Program-made: the position numbers and the translations under genes
Source: an uncultured virus (IMG/VR IMGVR_UViG_3300029913_001576)
Taxonomy: Duplodnaviria; Heunggongvirae; Uroviricota; Caudoviricetes
Strand: one strand, 5' to 3'
Length of the DNA stretch: 64,000 bases
IMG/VR virus record: IMGVR_UViG_3300029913_001576
Shown here: positions 60,887 to 64,000 of the stretch, one piece after another
Numbering within the stretch: position 1 is the stretch's first letter
Layout: each line of letters begins with the position of its first letter
The notes under the pieces: model-generated
The model's database searches: none
Seen by the model: the letters and a program-made list of their open reading frames with translations, nothing else
Told to the model about the DNA's origin: nothing

Positions 60887-61117
60887 CTAGACCGGGCTCA
60901 GGCGCTGCCGGAGGGCCGGAGTGTCGCCCTTTTGGGCTGAGCACTTGAGGGAGTCGGACTCGCCGGAGCACACTACCTGCCCATCGGCGACGAAATCGAC
61001 GGCGCGCACGTAGCCAGCGGAAACGACCTCGTCCCCGAGCATCTTCGCGATCTCGGCGTGGCTCTGGGCTTCCTCAAAGAGGACGAAGCCGCGGTTCTGA
61101 AAGCGGATGTACTTCAT
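60887..61117 (-). CDS. phage-type small protein
   Basis: MKYI...H...VSAG.V...GES.SL. Confidence 0.65.
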   Translation of the reverse strand: MKYIRFQNRGFVLFEEAQSHAEIAKMLGDEVVSAGYVRAVDFVADGQVVCSGESDSLKCSAQKGDTPALRQRLSPV

Positions 61118-61128
61118 AGCGGGCAGGC

Positions 61129-61599
61129 TCAGAGGCCCAAGCGCATCAGCATGCCGCCGTTACGAGCCTCGCCATGGTCCTCAAACCCGGCGCCGGCGTA
61201 GAAGTCCGCTGGGTCGCCCTCCTTCGTGGAATCGGTCGAGAGAGCGCACAGGTAAATGGCAGGAACCCTCCACTCGTGGGCAAAGGCAATGAGGCGAGCC
61301 AGGAGCGCGCGGCCCACTCCTTGGTGCCGGAACCTCTTCTCCACCTCGACCCCCGTGATGCAGGCCACCTGCACGTCCTCGTCAACGGTGCCTCCGTCGA
61401 GCGGGGCATCGTAGCTGGCGGGCTCGAAGCTAGCCGCTGTGCCACGCCGGATCTCGGCGGTTGCGATCTCCTTGCCGGCCGCGTCCAAGATCCGAACAGA
61501 GAGGGAGTGACTTGTCGTGGAAGTCTCCACCCGGGAACCGGGAAGCAGGCGCGCGAGGGCGTCCTCGAAGGCAGTCTCGATGCAAGAGGGTGCGAGCAT
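61129..61599 (-). CDS. GNAT acetyltransferase
   Basis: VEVEKRFRHQGVGRALL...FYAGAGF. Confidence 0.85.
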   Translation of the reverse strand: MLAPSCIETAFEDALARLLPGSRVETSTTSHSLSVRILDAAGKEIATAEIRRGTAASFEPASYDAPLDGGTVDEDVQVACITGVEVEKRFRHQGVGRALLARLIAFAHEWRVPAIYLCALSTDSTKEGDPADFYAGAGFEDHGEARNGGMLMRLGL

Positions 61600-61619
61600 G
61601 GAGCAAGATGGCTTAGTGG

Positions 61620-62165
61620 TCAGTCGGAACCATCGCCGCCCGAATCAGATCCGGAGTCGGAGGATGACTCGCTTGAATCGCTCTCTGCGGCCGAAGCCCC
61701 CATCTCGGACGGGCCGAGGTTGCCGCCCTCACCCTCCCAAGTGCTGATCTCGGTAGAGGACACAGGATCGACCTCGATAGGTGCCACGGTTACGTTTCCG
61801 GCCATGCCGGTGGACCCGGTGGGTAGATCAACTGTCGGCACGCCTCCAATCGGAACCGGATCATAAGGAGGAGGGGTGGCCGTGGACTCGGTCATCACGT
61901 ACTGGTTGTTCGTGACGATCATCCAAACCCAGTAGTCGGTCGCCGGGTCGTAGACGACCACCTGGTCTTTGCGCGCCTTGGTCCGGAACACAGGAGCCTT
62001 GTGGTCGATAAGCAGAGGCGTTTTGTGTTTCGCATTCGTCTGCACGAGCCCGGACCGCGTGAGCGGTACCTCAGGGTCGCAGGCGGCAAGCCCGAGGCAT
62101 GCCGCTGCAACGGCGACGACAAATAAGAGTCGGCGTAGGCAGAGGGGTGCGGAGATAGTCTTCAT
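61620..62165 (-). CDS. putative lipoprotein with Ser/Asp-rich tail
   Basis: signal peptide with LAAC lipobox. Confidence 0.65.
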   Translation of the reverse strand: MKTISAPLCLRRLLFVVAVAAACLGLAACDPEVPLTRSGLVQTNAKHKTPLLIDHKAPVFRTKARKDQVVVYDPATDYWVWMIVTNNQYVMTESTATPPPYDPVPIGGVPTVDLPTGSTGMAGNVTVAPIEVDPVSSTEISTWEGEGGNLGPSEMGASAAESDSSESSSDSGSDSGGDGSD

Positions 62166-62176
62166 CGAGCGGCGCG

Positions 62177-62698
62177 TTAAGGGTGCCCCTGGGTGGCGAT
62201 GGCTTCGAGGACTTGAAGCGGCGGGTCACAACCGACATAGGACGAACCGTCGTACGAGGACGACAGGACCTTGCCCGTGGCGGTGTCGATGATGATGAGG
62301 TTCGGGATGCCGCGGCCTGTGGACGCACCCCATCCGCCTGCGTCCCCGCGCATAACCGCCGGAAATTCCATTCGGTGCTGGCGCATGTAGGCCAGCATGT
62401 CGGCCTCGGAACGGTCGTAATTCACCATGAAGAGCTGGAACCACCCCTTCGTCTTGTCCGCATTGCGGTAGAAGTCGGCCAGGTGGGGAGAGAATTGCTG
62501 ACAGGGCGGGCACCACCCGGCACCATGGTAAACGGCAAGGTATCGGCTTGAGCGAGGGACGACGGTCCCGGAAGAACCGTCGGCATGTTCCACTCTGACG
62601 ACCGGGGGGGCCGAGCCGAAGCTCACCGTGGACCCGATGTGGTTGATGACGTAGAACACGCCGATTACCGCGCAGATTCCGAGGATAACCTTTCTCAT
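62177..62698 (-). CDS. membrane-anchored thioredoxin-like (nucleoredoxin-type) protein
   Basis: WCPPC, GIP motif; class-2 motif. Confidence 0.85.
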   Translation of the reverse strand: MRKVILGICAVIGVFYVINHIGSTVSFGSAPPVVRVEHADGSSGTVVPRSSRYLAVYHGAGWCPPCQQFSPHLADFYRNADKTKGWFQLFMVNYDRSEADMLAYMRQHRMEFPAVMRGDAGGWGASTGRGIPNLIIIDTATGKVLSSSYDGSSYVGCDPPLQVLEAIATQGHP

Positions 62699-62762
62699 GG
62701 GAAAAGGGCGGTTGAAGTTGGGCCTGTGCAGCCTTTTACCTTAAAAGTATGGGGGGCGCCCC

Positions 62763-63674
62763 CTAAACCGCAATTGGGAGGGATGCAGGGGCCTCCGGAA
62801 TCGGAAGCTTGCGGCGGAATGCGTAGCGGATGAGGAAGCCTGGGGCCTCCCCGAGCGCGCCACGCCAGCAGGTGTGTTCGCCTTCAGCCTCCTCGATTCC
62901 ACAGATTACGGCCCCGGAATTCCAGAGGCGGATGACAGCCGAACGCATCATGTGGGTTGGCGCAAACATGGAAGCGTTGTTCTTGTAGAGCGCAGGCTCC
63001 CACCTGTCGGACATAGGGTCGAGGTCGAGTTCCTTGACCAGGTCCCTGACCTCAGGACGGCCCGACCAAAACGAGGCAGCGCCCGTAGCTTCCAAGGCTT
63101 GAGACCAGCGCACCCGCTCGTCAAGGGTACACGCATCGGGGCCTTTAGCGGCGTAGGAAGTGAGTTCGGTCCACATGGCCTGCACCGCAGGGTCGCGGTA
63201 AGCGGGGAAGAGGGACTTATCCCCTCGTGCGATGCGCCCCGGGAGATTGAACACCTGTCCCATCTCGCCTGCCTTCGCAGCGAAAGCCGCCTCATCCGCT
63301 GCCCTGCGTTGGGTCCCTTCTGGGCTGAGAACCTCCTTCATGAACGCCTCGAACTTAGGGTCGGCTGGCTTCTTCGCCTCGGCCTCGTGCTGTGCCTTGA
63401 GTCCGGCCACGCGCACAAGCTTCTTGGGGTCGGTCAGAGCCACAAAATCACCCGGAGTGCCAACCTCGAAGGTGCTGGAATACTCACCGCGAGCCTCCTT
63501 GCGCCGCTCGTCTCGGTTGTCGAGTGCGGGGTGGGTCAGCAGTTCAACACCAAGCTTGCCCTCGTCAGGCCACGCCGTGGACACGAAACCGAAAAGTCCT
63601 AGGCAGGTCCGGGCTGTCTGAAGCCGGCCGACAACAAGGACAGCGTCTCCAATGGCGAAGGCAGGAGCGATCAT
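62763..63674 (-). CDS. hypothetical protein
   Basis: CCAGCTTG variant upstream of MIAPAF. Confidence 0.6.
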   Translation of the reverse strand: MIAPAFAIGDAVLVVGRLQTARTCLGLFGFVSTAWPDEGKLGVELLTHPALDNRDERRKEARGEYSSTFEVGTPGDFVALTDPKKLVRVAGLKAQHEAEAKKPADPKFEAFMKEVLSPEGTQRRAADEAAFAAKAGEMGQVFNLPGRIARGDKSLFPAYRDPAVQAMWTELTSYAAKGPDACTLDERVRWSQALEATGAASFWSGRPEVRDLVKELDLDPMSDRWEPALYKNNASMFAPTHMMRSAVIRLWNSGAVICGIEEAEGEHTCWRGALGEAPGFLIRYAFRRKLPIPEAPASLPIAV

Positions 63675-64000
63675 GTGAAGCAAGCTGGCGGACCCTACAA
63701 GGCCCACGTCTCGCGGGCCGGGTCAAAGCTGAGAGCCGGAGAGACCGTTTCACCGGTCTTCATCTTGTGGATAAGGCGGCGGGCGCGGTTCCAGAGCGAC
63801 ATCTGGTGCGTCTTCCACGAAGGCTCGCAGTAGGCGAGGATGTCGGAAAGAAGGGTCGTGGTCTCTCCGTCCCTCGGGTCAGGGACAAAAGGCTGCTCGC
63901 CGGCGGGTTTGGCACTGAAGGCCGCATCAGCGACCTCAACGTCGATCCGGCCGGCCTCAAGCTTCATGCCGAAGGACTCAGCCCACCCATGGGCGTGATA

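Larger units (their letters stand above)
612..61611 (-). promoter_or_regulatory. Dispersed class-1 motif CCATCTT(G/A/C)-N4-start (about 60 copies); putative -10-only promoter for leaderless or short-leader mRNAs
   Basis: Plus-strand (C/T/G)AAGATGG at 612,1330,2357,2735,3129,3802,4335,6593,7488,7805,10047,10415,10981,11330,11633,12263,12707,13144,14223,14637,17081,17608,17926,18604,19283,20052,21253,22394,22795,23300,23890,24652,25053,26353,27864,28465,29474,30106,30356,30813,31320,32362,40111,41732,42343,47922,49211,51382,52062,52295,53267,53962,54400,55428,56391,57120,57459,58144,59335,60162,61604. Variants CAAGAATGG at 19622 and 20576. I noticed only 2 copies in the opposite orientation. 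The motif is directly visible; the promoter role is inferred. Confidence 0.8.
2046..62756. promoter_or_regulatory. Dispersed class-2 motif CCCCATA(C/A/G)TT(T)TAAG; putative second promoter class
   Basis: Plus orientation at ~25143, 26389, 26798, 32511, 42410. Minus orientation at ~2046, 32015, 35547, 36343, 40942, 46807, 51210, 62740. Most lie 6-45 nt upstream of an ATG. The core CATACT/CATAAT resembles the -10 TATAAT. Confidence 0.7.

Noticed and set aside
612..61611. CRISPR array or classical integron attC sites
   Set aside because: The repeat is only 8 bp and non-palindromic, spacers are whole genes, there are no RYYYAAC/GTTRRRY boxes, and no cas or intI gene was seen.
612..61611. Motif as a Shine-Dalgarno sequence
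   Set aside because: It is pyrimidine-rich and not complementary to the canonical anti-SD. The fixed purine position, even when ATG is further away, fits a transcription start better.
1..64000. Definite call as phage, plasmid or ICE
   Set aside because: No terminase, capsid, Rep, relaxase, T4SS or integrase recognised in this window.

Overview
GC-rich, gene-dense accessory DNA with about 100 mostly small ORFs, nearly all on the minus strand. I saw no housekeeping operons, rRNA, tRNA, CRISPR, or phage structural or conjugation genes. It reads like the early/anti-defence region of a very large mobile element (jumbo phage, megaplasmid or ICE). One gene has an architecture typical of Opitutaceae (Verrucomicrobia), which suggests the host. 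The dominant feature is a motif-gene array: about 60 copies (manual count) of CCATCTT(G/A/C) on the minus strand, about 41 of them exactly 4 nt before an ATG/GTG. There is no Shine-Dalgarno and no conserved -35, and upstream genes often stop in or next to the motif. A second motif, CCCCATA(C/A)TT(T)TAAG, precedes four of the plus-strand genes and several large genes. Cargo includes DNA-modification enzymes (DndC-like, TGT/DpdA-like, Mom-like, two amino-methyltransferases), several ADP-ribosyltransferase-fold proteins, WGR, HAD, GNAT, ParB-like, zincin and beta-clamp-like proteins, and paralog pairs. A complete IS1595-family element with a methylase passenger interrupts one gene. Non-coding candidates are a ~215-nt structured RNA and two phased repeat arrays. 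Many proteins end in -AA (ssrA-like degron). All functional calls come from motif recognition by eye; no database searches were run.
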